Of a stretch of 64,000 nucleotides of DNA, positions 29,186 through 39,823 are shown in pieces. The stretch spans positions 19,075 to 83,074 of the forward strand of contig DUMO01000024.1 in NCBI GenBank assembly GCA_012839865.1, written 5' to 3'. A program made the position numbers and the translations under genes. The notes beneath the pieces are model-generated. The model searched no databases. It saw only the letters and a program-made list of their open reading frames with translations, and was not told the DNA's origin. How positions within the stretch are numbered: the stretch's first letter is position 1; each line of letters starts with the position of its first letter. This stretch comes from Clostridiaceae bacterium (GTDB lineage Bacteria > Bacillota > Clostridia > CAYPLH01 > DUMO01).

Positions 29186-31212
29186 TTCAAGATTCTCGGA
29201 GACGGAGTCGGTGACGGTGTCGGTGTCGGAGTCGGTGTCGGAGTTGGCGTCGGTGTCGGAGTCGGTGTCGGAGACGGTGTCGGTGTCGGACTCGGGCTCG
29301 GACTCGGGCTCGGGCTCGGCGACGATGTCGGCGTCGGGCTCGGGCTCGGACTCGGCGACGGACTCGGGCTCGGGCTCGGGCTCGGACTCGGACTCGGGCT
29401 CGGACTCGGGCTCGGCGACGGACTCGGCGACGGACTCGGGCTCGGTGACGGAGTCAATTCAGCCGGGTTTATAACAGCGCTGATTACCCTGACTTCCTGG
29501 GTTACCGTAAAGGTTACGGGAAGCATATTATCTGCCGAAATTTCCACGTTTGCCGTATATACTCCGGCCGGCAGCCCGTCTTTTGCCCTTATGGTAAATG
29601 TGGTGGAAGGTGTCACCTCATCAAGATTTTTAGCTTCAGGCTGGGTGATTTCAAAGGCATCCGCATCATCCCCGCTCAAGGTTACCGTAAGATTTGCAAT
29701 ATCCTCAGTTGCCTCCCTTGTCACTGTTATACTCCTTGTCTCCTGCATACCGGAAGCATAACCTATACCAAGTATCGTCATAACCTGATCGTCGATAGGT
29801 ACTATACTGCCTGTTGCCCACCTGGCATAAAGCGTGACGTTACTGTCACCCATGACAAGGGTCGAGCCTTGCAAATAATCCGCTCCTTTTCCATCGGCTT
29901 TGGTGTTCCAGCCTTTAAAGACATGACCTGTTTTTGACAGTTCATTGATGTTACCCGTGACAGTAACAGTTTGTCCCGGCTTATATACATTGGTGTCAAC
30001 GGGCACATCGCCCCCGGTATTCCCGTTCCCGTCATAGGTTACAGTGTAAAAGTCAACTTCCGCAACATTGAAGGTGTATCCATTAGGCAGCTTGCCGGGT
30101 GCAGTTATGTTGAGATCTATTGTAAAGTTCTCTTCACCCGTCAGTGTCAGCAAATAAGGCTGACCGTTCTCCACCTGCTCATCGTTTATGGTAATAATCG
30201 CGCCTTCCAGTGAAACTTCCGGTATAATGCTGAAACTCTCCAGTTCTTTTGGTATTTCCAGTACATAGTCGCTTATGTCCTTATTGAATGAAGGCATCAG
30301 ATCAAACCCGGGCAGTCCTTCAAATATCACGTTGTCTATATATGCCGGTGCAATGGCGGAGGACTCTACAGGCGCAGGATACATATCCACTACAAACATG
30401 TCTTTAAATTTATAGCTGTCATTTACCTTTATTTCAGCTGCCAGTACACACTGCCCTGCCTTCAGCGCTTTAAGGTATCCATCCTCTAACACTGCATTTT
30501 GGTCATCGGAGGCCATCCATATACCCGCTGCTTCGTCATTTTCGCCTGTTATTCTCAGAATTCCGCCTCCGAGATAAACCGGGTTTTCCTTTGGTATAAC
30601 CGAATATACATCCAAAGTATCATCAGATGAAACCTTCTGGATATCTCCCGTTATGCGCATAAGTTCCTTCTCACCCTGGGGTACCACAGGTTGCTGGTTG
30701 CCTTTAAAATGATAAATATAGTTCTTTATAATTGTAATCGGCTCATCGCCAAACCCATACACAATTTCATTCTTGCTTGTAATCAAAAGGGTGCCGAACC
30801 CCCGCCTCATATAAGCCGGATTATCCGTTATTTCAATGGCATTTTCCCTGTAAAAACCCTCGATGAGATTATGCCGTATTCCAAGGCCATAAGTACCCGG
30901 CCAGAGGAACGTGGTTTCCCCGTCAATTTTAAAGTGTGTCGGGACGGTGACGTATATGGTTGAATCATCTTCCACATTTACATTCTGGTAACCGATTATA
31001 TATTCATTACCTCCCGCGTCTTTCAGATACACTTCCCACTGGTCCGGATCATCCCTGAGGTAGCTTAGGTTGTCCCCCTTTATCTGAATAACCCTGTATT
31101 TGTCTTCATGATACAATTTGTTGGGAGAAATATATGAATATTGTACATTCGGCATATCCACAAAGGACGGCATGGCAACCACGTAGGCTTTTAAGTATGA
31201 CGTATGATTCAC
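29011..31212 (-). CDS. Cell-surface-type protein with cadherin-like and Listeria-Bacteroides repeat domains, ending in an SP/TP linker; probably a fragment or fusion
   Basis: A cadherin-like beta-sandwich ([10 protein letters not shown]...SFSIIPEV), a Listeria/Bacteroides repeat ([13 protein letters not shown]...[12 protein letters not shown]) and a C-terminal (SP)n(TP)n tract. There is no signal peptide. The last about 60 codons are an out-of-frame read through the degS-like start. Confidence 0.5.
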   Translation of the reverse strand: MNHTSYLKAYVVAMPSFVDMPNVQYSYISPNKLYHEDKYRVIQIKGDNLSYLRDDPDQWEVYLKDAGGNEYIIGYQNVNVEDDSTIYVTVPTHFKIDGETTFLWPGTYGLGIRHNLIEGFYRENAIEITDNPAYMRRGFGTLLITSKNEIVYGFGDEPITIIKNYIYHFKGNQQPVVPQGEKELMRITGDIQKVSSDDTLDVYSVIPKENPVYLGGGILRITGENDEAAGIWMASDDQNAVLEDGYLKALKAGQCVLAAEIKVNDSYKFKDMFVVDMYPAPVESSAIAPAYIDNVIFEGLPGFDLMPSFNKDISDYVLEIPKELESFSIIPEVSLEGAIITINDEQVENGQPYLLTLTGEENFTIDLNITAPGKLPNGYTFNVAEVDFYTVTYDGNGNTGGDVPVDTNVYKPGQTVTVTGNINELSKTGHVFKGWNTKADGKGADYLQGSTLVMGDSNVTLYARWATGSIVPIDDQVMTILGIGYASGMQETRSITVTREATEDIANLTVTLSGDDADAFEITQPEAKNLDEVTPSTTFTIRAKDGLPAGVYTANVEISADNMLPVTFTVTQEVRVISAVINPAELTPSPSPSPSPSPSPSPSPSPSPSPSPSPSPSPSPSPSPSPTPTSSPSPSPSPSPSPTPTPSPTPTPTPTPTPTPTPTPTPSPTPSPRILKWSWLQLNRISSRLLQGWMNWKSRIKLRDKNLQRFQKSLIHLRKKILKLPIKTQKTLE
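29186..29460. repeat. Tandem 12-bp repeat array (GAGTCGGTGTCG-like units) encoding an (SP/TP)n linker on the minus strand
   Basis: A direct read shows about 22 near-identical hexamer and dodecamer units. They translate to PSPSPS...TPTPTP in the frame of the upstream surface-protein gene. Confidence 0.9.
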
Positions 31213-31361
31213 TCTTTTTACCGATACTACAAAATCGTATACGTTTACGTCATTGAGAGCTGTGGGTACAAATTTCCAATGAATAAGTTCCGTATATCAG
31301 GGATGAAGAAATGCACATGTTTGTAGGACAAGTTTATCTTAAGTAGAAAGGAGGTGCAAAC

Positions 31362-31529
31362 ATGCGGAAATTTAAAAAGTCCTATGATGCGGGAAAAGTA
31401 AATATATCTTATTCTTCAGGCGGAAAGATGATATTCTTTAAAAAATTACTGGCTGCGATCTTGTCAATACTTATATGCGCTACACTTCCGGTTTGTATTT
31501 TTTACGAAAGTCTGAGGGCGAGCAGGTGA
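31362..31529 (+). CDS. Small (55 aa) predicted membrane protein
   Basis: A strong RBS AAAGGAGG lies 7 nt before the ATG. It has a basic N-terminus and one TM helix (IFFKKLLAAILSILICATLPVCIFY). It falls below the ORF-track length cutoff. Confidence 0.35.
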   Translation: MRKFKKSYDAGKVNISYSSGGKMIFFKKLLAAILSILICATLPVCIFYESLRASR

Positions 31530-31564
31530 AGTATTGCTTAAAATGCTTGATCAGGTATTTTGGA

Positions 31565-32344
31565 TCAGAAAACCCGCATTCCAACGAAATATCTATCACC
31601 TTTTTTTGTGCCCAGAAGCAACTTGGCGGCATGTTCACACCTGCTGTAATATAGCATGTTCAAAAAGGTTGAACCGAATTTTTCTTTAATGTCGTGGGAT
31701 AAATGGTAAAGACTTATATCAAGCTCTTCTGCAATATCTTTAAGACTTGGATTCAACTCAAATTTGCTCCCCAGGCAATTTATAATTTTTCTGAGCCTTT
31801 GCACCAGCTTTTCATCGAAGGCTTCAGTGCCGTATCCCCAGCGTAAAAAGTCGAAATTGTATGTAACATGAACAAGAAGTTCTGTTAAATTATTCTTTAT
31901 GCTTGCCGAATACCCGGGTTGGAGCCTGTCGCCATTTACCGCCAGAACGAGCCTGGCGACATGCTCTTTGAGTTCATTGTACCTTTGGGGCAGTTCCCCT
32001 TCGAAATAGGCGGAACAGCAATAGATATACAAGTACTTGTTATCCGGAAAAAGGTTTCGAAAAAATTCCCCTGAAATCTGTATAATCAGCGTTTCATTAT
32101 TTTCGCTTTGACTAATGCAATGCAGCTCGTTAACATTTACAAGTGCTATATCGTTTTCTTTTAATTGAATTTTTTCATCACCGATGACCATATTGACTGA
32201 ACCCTTCCGGACTTGCACAATTTCCATAGTATCATGCCAATGATAGGGATACTTCCCAACATAACCGGAAAACATTTTTACAGGCAGTCCTTCGGAAAAA
32301 TCAAATAACTCAGGACGCATACATTCCCCCGTTATATAAAGCAA
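31565..32344 (-). CDS. AraC family transcriptional regulator (cupin sensor + AraC HTH)
   Basis: An N-terminal cupin-like domain and a C-terminal AraC-type HTH pair. Confidence 0.8.
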   Translation of the reverse strand: MLYITGECMRPELFDFSEGLPVKMFSGYVGKYPYHWHDTMEIVQVRKGSVNMVIGDEKIQLKENDIALVNVNELHCISQSENNETLIIQISGEFFRNLFPDNKYLYIYCCSAYFEGELPQRYNELKEHVARLVLAVNGDRLQPGYSASIKNNLTELLVHVTYNFDFLRWGYGTEAFDEKLVQRLRKIINCLGSKFELNPSLKDIAEELDISLYHLSHDIKEKFGSTFLNMLYYSRCEHAAKLLLGTKKGDRYFVGMRVF

Positions 32345-32565
32345 TGTTATAAAACATTTTATCCATTAATAGAGAAACCGTCAATTGATTTTAGAAAGCT
32401 GCAGTTGAAAATTGTCGAAATTTTTTCATTTCAGTAGTAGTTTTTGCAAACAATCAGCTCTGGTGAATTAATAAAATGTCAGTTTTTTGAACAGATGAAA
32501 TGAATACAGAACAATAACAATTAGCTTTATATTGTTAGAAAGCCAGGTACATGCCTGGCAATTCA

Positions 32566-32640
32566 TCTCCCGCCTACGCTCCCGCTAAAGTGGGCAAGGT
32601 GGCTTAGAGGCGGGAGACTTCTTGCCTCTATATGTTAAAA
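32566..32640. repeat. Copy B of the structured intergenic repeat
   Basis: TCTCCCGCCT...AGGCGGGAGA forms a perfect 10-bp outer stem. The inner hairpin CCCGC-TAAA-GTGGG shows compensatory changes relative to copy A. It ends in CTTCTTGCCTCTATATGTTAAAA. Confidence 0.7.
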
Positions 32641-32715
32641 TTGTTACAGTGTTTTGCAAATGCCTTAAAGCTTCAGACCAAAATCGGTCATATACTCATT
32701 CTAATTGCGAGTTCC

Positions 32716-33813
32716 TTAGAAATATACGGGTTTTCCGGTCCTGGAAGATTCATAGATAGCTTCAAGAATCTGTGTCACCACATAAGCTTCCTCTGGTTTT
32801 ACAACCGGTTCTGTGTCTTTCAGTATACACTCAATCCATAACCTTGCTTCCCTGTCCCCGGCACTTTCTGATCTTCCTTCATAATAGTCGGCACCTTTTG
32901 CCTGCAGAGAAATATTTTTGGTATACAGTCTTCCTTTATCCTCACCGTTGATTCTCAGGCCTTCTTCCATGTCTGCGCCGCCTTCGGTGCCGCACAAGGT
33001 TGTCTTTGCTTCTTTAACATCCAATGTATTGAGGGCCCAGCTGGACTCAAGTATTATGGTAGCACCGTTTTTCATTGTTACAAACCCAAAGGCGGAATCC
33101 TCAACTGTGAATTTTTCAGGATCCCAGGGACCCCATGCATTTGCTGCATTTTTCCTTCCGGAGAGTTTATGGTATACATTCCCAACTGCGTAATTGGGCT
33201 CATAATTATTCATCATCCATAATGTAAGGTCCAGTGCATGGGTGCCTATGTCAATCAACGGACCTCCACCCTGAAGCTCTTCATTCAGGAACACTCCCCA
33301 GGTAGGCACGGCACGTCGGCGAACGGCATGAGCCTTCGCAAAATAAATCTCGCCTAAATCTCCCCTGTCACATACTTCTTTCAGATAAAGTGAATCTGTT
33401 CTGAATCTGTTTTGATAAGCTATTGATAGTTTCTTACCTGTCTTTCTTGCTGTGTCGCACATAAGCTTGGCTTCTTTTGAATTCATGGCCATGGGTTTTT
33501 CACACATGACGTGTTTCCCTGCTTCAAGGGCTGCCACTGTCATTTCAGCATGAAATTTGTTTGGAGTGCAAATATGTACCACATCAATACTTTTGTCAGC
33601 AAGCAACTCCTCATAGGATTGGTACACCTTTGAATTCTCACAACCAAACTCCTTTGCCGCTTTTATTGCATTGCCGTTAACACTGTCATAAAACGCCACC
33701 ATTTCAACACTATCCAATTTTTTCAGAGCGGGCATGTGCTTTCCAAAAGCAATACCTCCGCAACCGATAACACCTGCTTTCAATTTTTTACCCAAGTTTT
33801 CCACTCCTCTCAA
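32716..33813 (-). CDS. Gfo/Idh/MocA family NAD(P)-dependent oxidoreductase
   Basis: An N-terminal Rossmann motif (GVIGCGGIAFGKHMPAL) and the Gfo/Idh/MocA C-terminal domain. Confidence 0.9.
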   Translation of the reverse strand: MRGVENLGKKLKAGVIGCGGIAFGKHMPALKKLDSVEMVAFYDSVNGNAIKAAKEFGCENSKVYQSYEELLADKSIDVVHICTPNKFHAEMTVAALEAGKHVMCEKPMAMNSKEAKLMCDTARKTGKKLSIAYQNRFRTDSLYLKEVCDRGDLGEIYFAKAHAVRRRAVPTWGVFLNEELQGGGPLIDIGTHALDLTLWMMNNYEPNYAVGNVYHKLSGRKNAANAWGPWDPEKFTVEDSAFGFVTMKNGATIILESSWALNTLDVKEAKTTLCGTEGGADMEEGLRINGEDKGRLYTKNISLQAKGADYYEGRSESAGDREARLWIECILKDTEPVVKPEEAYVVTQILEAIYESSRTGKPVYF

Positions 33814-33964
33814 TTTTAAATTTTATTGTTTTGCATAATCAAAAAATATAATTAAACAGGCCTCGATACATGTAGTAAGCAGTCAGCCTTATTAAAGTCA
33901 TTTTTTACTCTGCAATGTTTCGCATATACAGGCTAACAATTCTAAAAATCGTCAGTAATATTCC

Positions 33965-34687
33965 TTAAATCTTCTCCAGCGGTTCAACCTTGGGAGCTTC
34001 AATCTTATCCAGCCATATTGTTGGTTTTGACCATTTTACGGCGTTGGTAATTACTCTTTGAATTTGCTCATTGTAATATATGGGAAAAGTTTCATGCCCG
34101 GGCTGGAAGTAAAATACCTTGCCATAACCTCTCTTAAAGCAGCATCCGCTTCTGAAAACATCTCCTCCTTTGAACCAACCGATAAACACCAGCTCATCGG
34201 GAGTTGGTATATCAAACCTTTCACCATACATTTCCTCGTGTTCAAGTTCAATATATGGCCCTATCCCGTCTGCAATCGGATGATTAGGCTCTACAACCCA
34301 CAAGCGTTCACTTTCTTCAATTTCTCGCCATCTTAAAGTGCATGCGGTTCCCATCAGTCTTTTAAAGACTTTTGAAAAGTGTGCGGAGTGCAGGGCAATA
34401 AAGCCCATCCCCTTAAGAACCTTCGTGCATACCTTCTCAACAATATCATCTCTCACCTCGCTGTGAGCCATGTGCCCCCACCAGATAAGCACATCCGTAT
34501 TGTCAAGGACTTCATCCGTCAAACCGTGCTCCGGTTCATCCAATGTAGCTGTCCGCACTGTAATTTCCGGATCTTTCCCTAAAAAGTCCGCAATAGCCCC
34601 ATGAATTCCTTTAGGGTAAATTTCAGAAACCCTTGCTTCACTTTTTTCATGACGATACTCATTCCATACAGTAACCCTGATTCCCAT
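33965..34687 (-). CDS. ThuA-like (trehalose-utilisation) class-I glutamine-amidotransferase-like protein
   Basis: The ThuA family pattern ([11 protein letters not shown]...VLIWWGH...). The start was taken at MGIRVTVW. Confidence 0.8.
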   Translation of the reverse strand: MGIRVTVWNEYRHEKSEARVSEIYPKGIHGAIADFLGKDPEITVRTATLDEPEHGLTDEVLDNTDVLIWWGHMAHSEVRDDIVEKVCTKVLKGMGFIALHSAHFSKVFKRLMGTACTLRWREIEESERLWVVEPNHPIADGIGPYIELEHEEMYGERFDIPTPDELVFIGWFKGGDVFRSGCCFKRGYGKVFYFQPGHETFPIYYNEQIQRVITNAVKWSKPTIWLDKIEAPKVEPLEKI

Positions 34688-34768
34688 ATCATCCTCTCCC
34701 TTTCTTGTAATAGTCAATATTAAACATAATCTGCCACTTACATTTGAGGTGCAAGTATTCATAAACCG

Positions 34769-35761
34769 TCATCCAAGTGTAGACTCCCTGATAATTAACT
34801 CGTGCTCCAGATAAATTGTTTGAGGTTCAATTATTTCTCCGCCAATCACTTTAAGCAGAAGTTCCATGGATACGCATCCCAAATCATATTGCGGCTGTGC
34901 TATGGTGGTAAGCCCCGGGCTGTACATTGATGCAAAATTAATATCATCAAACCCCATAACTGCTATGTCTTTGGGTACTTTAAGCCCTTTTGCCCAAATT
35001 GATTTGATTGCTCCTATTGCCATTGAATCAGAAATACAGAAAACCGCCGTAGGCACATTATTTTCTATAAAAAATTGATTCATTGCCCTTATTCCGCTTC
35101 TAAACCCATAATCCCCATGTTTAATCAATGACAAATCAACCAGAATTCCTTCTTCCTCCAAGGCTATTTTATAGCCTTCTTCTCTTTGTTTTGTTGAAAT
35201 GAAGCTGTTTTCGCAGCTTATTAGCCCGATTTTCCTGTGTCCCTGCTTTATAAGATGCTTAACGGCCATATAGGCTGCAGCTTTATTGTCTATGGAAACA
35301 TGAGAAGCCCTGGCTTCCTCCTTATATTCACAGCATTGAACCACCGGAAACCGCATTGCAATTTGGGAAAGTTCCTCTTCGCTCATTTCAGATGCAAGAA
35401 AGATCACTCCGTCAGCAAGCCTGTTTTTCATAAGTTCGAGGTATACCTTTTCCCGGGAAACATCTGAATTGGTATTGCAAAGCATGACATTATAGCCGTT
35501 TTTGTGAGCAACATCTTCCATGCCCTTAACGATCATCGAGTAAAAGGGGTTTGATATGGTAGGCAAAAGAACCAGCGCCATTTTTGTCTGCATCAGCCGT
35601 AAATTTCTTCCGAGCAGGTTAGGCTGGTAGTTTAGCTGCCTGATTGCGTCAAGGACTGCTTTCCTGGCTTTTGGAGAAACTTTTGAACTGCCGTTGATAA
35701 CCCTTGAAACTGTTGCCACTGAAACACCGGCTTCCTTTGCAACATCCTGTATTGTAGCCAT
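34769..35761 (-). CDS. LacI family transcriptional regulator
   Basis: An N-terminal HTH (MATIQDVAKEAGVSVATVSRVING) and a periplasmic-binding-protein-like sugar-binding core. Confidence 0.85.
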   Translation of the reverse strand: MATIQDVAKEAGVSVATVSRVINGSSKVSPKARKAVLDAIRQLNYQPNLLGRNLRLMQTKMALVLLPTISNPFYSMIVKGMEDVAHKNGYNVMLCNTNSDVSREKVYLELMKNRLADGVIFLASEMSEEELSQIAMRFPVVQCCEYKEEARASHVSIDNKAAAYMAVKHLIKQGHRKIGLISCENSFISTKQREEGYKIALEEEGILVDLSLIKHGDYGFRSGIRAMNQFFIENNVPTAVFCISDSMAIGAIKSIWAKGLKVPKDIAVMGFDDINFASMYSPGLTTIAQPQYDLGCVSMELLLKVIGGEIIEPQTIYLEHELIIRESTLG

Positions 35762-35807
35762 CCTGCACCTTCCTTCGTCACTAATAAAGCTATGAGGATT
35801 AATCATA

Positions 35808-35821
35808 TGTAATCGATTACA
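35808..35821. promoter_or_regulatory. Perfect 14-bp palindrome TGTAATCGATTACA, a candidate LacI-family operator
   Basis: It matches the LacI/CcpA-type operator architecture TG-N-AA-N-CG-N-TT-N-CA. It lies about 47 bp upstream of the LacI start. Confidence 0.55.
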
Positions 35822-36291
35822 GTATTGCTGTCATTCACTATGAAATGTAACACTTACTAATATAAGCTTATTCAATATGCCATGCCAGGTTGAATTGCTT
35901 TGTTGTAATTTAAAAATGTAATGGATTACATGAAATATTATAGTCAATGGAATTGTTAATTTCAATAGATTAATTGAAATTTTATGCACATGATGTGCTG
36001 ATAAATTACTGCTCAAATAAACAATCAAGCAACCAGCTATATAAGTCAGGGGTTGGATGAATGAAATGTATGCAGAACACCTGCCAGGGTAAGACAATAT
36101 TACTTCATGCATATAATGTTTTGCCTGGAGACTGGTGTGTGTACGTAAAACAGCATAAAAAAGCTGAACAGTAACTGCACGGGTTACTGTTCAAAAGTAT
36201 TTGTCTCTTTTAATTATCACACTGACTCAGTGTAATTCCCTTATTTAATTTCATCATTTATAAACCTGCCGGCTCATGATGACATATATAA

Positions 36292-37071
36292 TCACGCCAG
36301 TTCTATAAACTCCTTCAATGCCCTGGCATCTTCAATAAATTGCTCATCAGTTTCGCCCATTACAAATTCTATCATTGCAAAACGGTCTTCCTTAAGCTCC
36401 TTTATAACTTTAAAATACTCAACCCAGTTTTCCTTCCCGTCTTTAAGAGGTTGCCTGCCTGCTTCTGAAACATGATGCACATGTACATTTTCAAGCCATG
36501 GAAGTATATCCTTGAGACTGCTGATTCTTTCTTCAACAGTCATGGTTTTAAGGGGTTGCCAGTAAGACCGCATGTTTGCATGATTAACTCTTTCCAAAAG
36601 CTTTACAGCGGATTTGGAAGTGTCCGTAAGTGTATTGTTATGGTATTCATATGCAACCTTTATTCCGTATTCCCAGGCCAGTTCAGCAATATCATATGAT
36701 TCCTTCACACATTTATCCCACCATTCGTCGTCTGCAACCTCCGAAGCTTTATTGCCTGCCCAAACCCTTATAACTGGAGCATCCAGCTCCTTTGCAGAAT
36801 CAATTACCCGTTTGAAAGCACTCACACCGTCATTTTCCGTGCCAATACGATGGTAGGAACCGTAAGATGCAACCTTTAACCCGCTATCCTCTGTCATTTT
36901 GCGAACTTCACGGGCGAGCTTCGTGTCGCCGTGGGGGACATGCACGTCTCCGCCCCATTCAATTCCGTCCAAACCTGCTCTTTTTGTAAGCTCAATAATT
37001 TCCTTCGGAGTTTTTTTCCTGAATGTAACAGACACAATACCTGTATAAATCATTTGTGTTTCTCCTTTCAA
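36292..37071 (-). CDS. Sugar phosphate isomerase/epimerase (xylose-isomerase-like TIM barrel)
   Basis: An AP_endonuc_2 / xylose isomerase-like TIM-barrel pattern. It is the first gene upstream of the LacI-ThuA-oxidoreductase cluster. Confidence 0.8.
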   Translation of the reverse strand: MKGETQMIYTGIVSVTFRKKTPKEIIELTKRAGLDGIEWGGDVHVPHGDTKLAREVRKMTEDSGLKVASYGSYHRIGTENDGVSAFKRVIDSAKELDAPVIRVWAGNKASEVADDEWWDKCVKESYDIAELAWEYGIKVAYEYHNNTLTDTSKSAVKLLERVNHANMRSYWQPLKTMTVEERISSLKDILPWLENVHVHHVSEAGRQPLKDGKENWVEYFKVIKELKEDRFAMIEFVMGETDEQFIEDARALKEFIELA

Positions 37072-37544
37072 AATAAAAGTAATAAAAACCTGTTTATGTG
37101 AATACTATGGAATACTGAAAAAGTATTTTATTTGAACTTGCAACAGTATGTCTGATAAACCGCTGTAGTATTTGAGCATCATCTGACACAACAAATGCGG
37201 TGTCAATGACAGCTACTGGATAAATGAATAGTAACCGGATTTGAAATTTAACACAGGATGACAGTGGTAAAAAACAATGTTTCCAAAGATGTTTTGCAGG
37301 CTGTTTTTTAGAAGTATTTTAAGGTAAACCTCTGCAGCAGCCTTACAGGGAGCATGATTATTGCTATTAAAATGAGTATTGTGGCTTCAGCAATCATTTC
37401 TAAAAGGCAAATAAGCCTTTTCAAGAATAAACACCTCCGTTTTTTAATATTCATATATATTATTCCCACTTTATCCCCATAATATAATATGAATTTAACT
37501 AAAAAACGGTTACAGCCACAAAGCAGGCAAAAATCAATTTTATT

Positions 37545-38867
37545 TTAAAACATCTCTACTTTATCCCTGCTTACCCGCGCATATATCGAAGCTTTTTTTG
37601 GGGGGCGTTCGGAACTTGTTGAAATTGCTTTTCTTAAAATATTCTCTGCAGTTTCCACTGAATTTTCCCTGGATGTATAAAGAACTGCCAAAGGATCCCC
37701 TTCATTCACCCAGTCTCCCGGTTTTACTTCCAACACAATTCCTGCGCTGTGATCAATCATATCCTCCTTGCTCTCGCGTCCGGCTCCAAGTACTACCGAA
37801 GCAATGCCGCATTGCTCGGTATTCATGGATGAAATCCAACCGCTGCCTTTTGCTTTAACAACATGAGAGATTGGCGCTTTTCTAAAAAGAGCGGTTTTAT
37901 CAATTACCGTTACATCACCTCCCTGGGATATAACCATTTCTCTGAATTTTTCCAAAGCTGCACCACTTGCAAGGGCTTGCCTTGCAAGATGCATGCATTC
38001 CTCCAGGCTGCCCTTTTGCGCCAGATACAGCATATTTGCGGCAAGATGGATGCATATTTCGGTAAAATCGGAAGGGCCATGACTATTCAAGGTATCAACA
38101 GCCTCCGCCACTTCCAATGAATTTCCAATGGCTTTACCCAGTGGTTTGTCCATATCTGTGATTAAAGCAACTGTTTTTCTCCCAGCATGCTCACCTATTG
38201 CCACCATTTCCTGCGCCAGCCTGATGGAATCCTCTATAGTTTTCATAAAGGCTCCGCTGCCTGTTTTAACATCAAGTAAAATCGCATCAGAACCAGCGGC
38301 GATTTTTTTACTCATTATGCTGGCTGCAATCAGTGAAATATTATCTACAGTTGCAGTTACATCTCTCAGTGCGTAGAGTTTTTTATCTGCGGGAGCCAGG
38401 TTGGCGGTCTGGCCAATGATACACAGGCCGATTCTTTTTACTATGTCCACAAACCGTTCTGAAGAAATAGTCGTAGAAAAACCAGGAATTGATTCAAGCT
38501 TGTCCAGTGTACCGCCGGTATGCCCAAGACCCCGTCCGGACATCTTTGCAACTGGTACCCCGCAGGAGGCAACAATCGGAGCAACAACCATGGTGGTTTT
38601 ATCCCCGACCCCGCCTGTGCTGTGCTTGTCAACCTTGATGCCGGGAATGGAGGAAAGGTCCACCATATCTCCCGATTGCGCCATGTATTTTGTCAGTGTG
38701 GCGGTTTCAAAACTTGACATACCTCGAAAATAAACAGCCATCATCAGGGCAGATGCCTGATAGTCGGGAATCTGTCCATGGGTATATCCTTCAACAAAGT
38801 ACTTTATTTCCTCATCACTAAGCTCTCCACCGTTTCTCTTTTTCAAGATAATGTCATACATCCTCAT
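37545..38867 (-). CDS. pdp: Pyrimidine-nucleoside (thymidine) phosphorylase
   Basis: MRMYDIILKKRNGGELSDEEI and the glycosyltransferase family 3 pattern, including a TGGVGDKT motif. Confidence 0.9.
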   Translation of the reverse strand: MRMYDIILKKRNGGELSDEEIKYFVEGYTHGQIPDYQASALMMAVYFRGMSSFETATLTKYMAQSGDMVDLSSIPGIKVDKHSTGGVGDKTTMVVAPIVASCGVPVAKMSGRGLGHTGGTLDKLESIPGFSTTISSERFVDIVKRIGLCIIGQTANLAPADKKLYALRDVTATVDNISLIAASIMSKKIAAGSDAILLDVKTGSGAFMKTIEDSIRLAQEMVAIGEHAGRKTVALITDMDKPLGKAIGNSLEVAEAVDTLNSHGPSDFTEICIHLAANMLYLAQKGSLEECMHLARQALASGAALEKFREMVISQGGDVTVIDKTALFRKAPISHVVKAKGSGWISSMNTEQCGIASVVLGAGRESKEDMIDHSAGIVLEVKPGDWVNEGDPLAVLYTSRENSVETAENILRKAISTSSERPPKKASIYARVSRDKVEMF

Positions 38868-39063
38868 TTTGATAACCACCCACTCCAGATTTTAAAATAA
38901 ACCCTATTTTTCACAGGACCAAACCTTTTCCCGTTATTGTTTATTTCTGCACTGACTTCTAAAACCTTTTGCAGTGAATTTTTCATTTATTAAGTAAGAA
39001 GTTGCAAGTCAAGTATAAAATATATTTTAAGTCAAGATAATTCTTCATCCCCGGCAGCTAAAG

Positions 39064-39762
39064 TTATGGACTTTTGGTCAAACTCCTGTAATTTTCTTTA
39101 ATATACTTTACAAGGGAGCTTGTTCCCAGCCTGGAGGCCCCAAGATTGATAAAGTCCATGGCATCATCAAGTGTTTTTATACCGCCGGCTGCTTTTATTT
39201 TCACATTGCCTCCCACATTTTCAGAAAACAACCTGATATCCTCCCTTGTCGCACCTCCTGTTGAAAATCCTGTCGACGTCTTTATAAAATCCGCACCTGC
39301 ATTTGTGACAACTTTGCACATTTTAATTTTCTCTTCCCGGGTAAGAACACAGGTTTCAATAATGACCTTCAAGATTTTGCTTCCTATTGCTGATTTTACA
39401 GATTTTATTTCATCTTCCACAGCCTTGAATTCACCTGACTTAACCAGCCCGATATTAACCACCATGTCAATTTCGTCGGCTCTGTTTCTTATTGCATCCT
39501 CCGCTTCAAAAATTTTTGCTTCTGTGGTGCTGTAACCGTTTGGGAAACCAACCACTGTGCATATAGCCAGACGGTTTCCCACATACTCCTTTGCCTTTGC
39601 AACATATGCCGGAGGAATACACACAGAGGCAACATCATACAAAATTCCTTCGTCGCATAATGCTTTGATTTCATTCCATGTTGCCGCTACATTGAGCAGG
39701 GTATGATCAACCAACTTTAATACTTTTTGAATTTCCAAGCTTGATTCTCCTTTATGCCACAT
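39064..39762 (-). CDS. deoC: Deoxyribose-phosphate aldolase
   Basis: A DeoC TIM barrel with the Schiff-base lysine region ([10 protein letters not shown]). The start was taken at the internal MWHKG. Confidence 0.85.
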   Translation of the reverse strand: MWHKGESSLEIQKVLKLVDHTLLNVAATWNEIKALCDEGILYDVASVCIPPAYVAKAKEYVGNRLAICTVVGFPNGYSTTEAKIFEAEDAIRNRADEIDMVVNIGLVKSGEFKAVEDEIKSVKSAIGSKILKVIIETCVLTREEKIKMCKVVTNAGADFIKTSTGFSTGGATREDIRLFSENVGGNVKIKAAGGIKTLDDAMDFINLGASRLGTSSLVKYIKENYRSLTKSP

Positions 39763-39823
39763 TCTATTTCCGCTTCTCCTGCGAGCTGCTTTTTTGACAC
39801 ACTCTGATTCTTGCTTTCTCTGG

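Noticed and set aside
29186-29460. Possible CRISPR array
   Set aside because: The repeats are 6-12 bp, contiguous, and have no spacers. This is a coding microsatellite.
29099-29761. Plus-strand ORFs translating to (GLGLGD)n and (SGSDSAT)n across the tandem repeat
   Set aside because: They are alternative-frame or antisense reads of the (SP/TP)n linker, which is in frame with the large minus-strand gene.
35831-36112. 93-aa minus-strand ORF in the LacI upstream region
   Set aside because: AT-rich low-complexity translation in a promoter region with no RBS. Even so, the 485-bp gap is unusually long.
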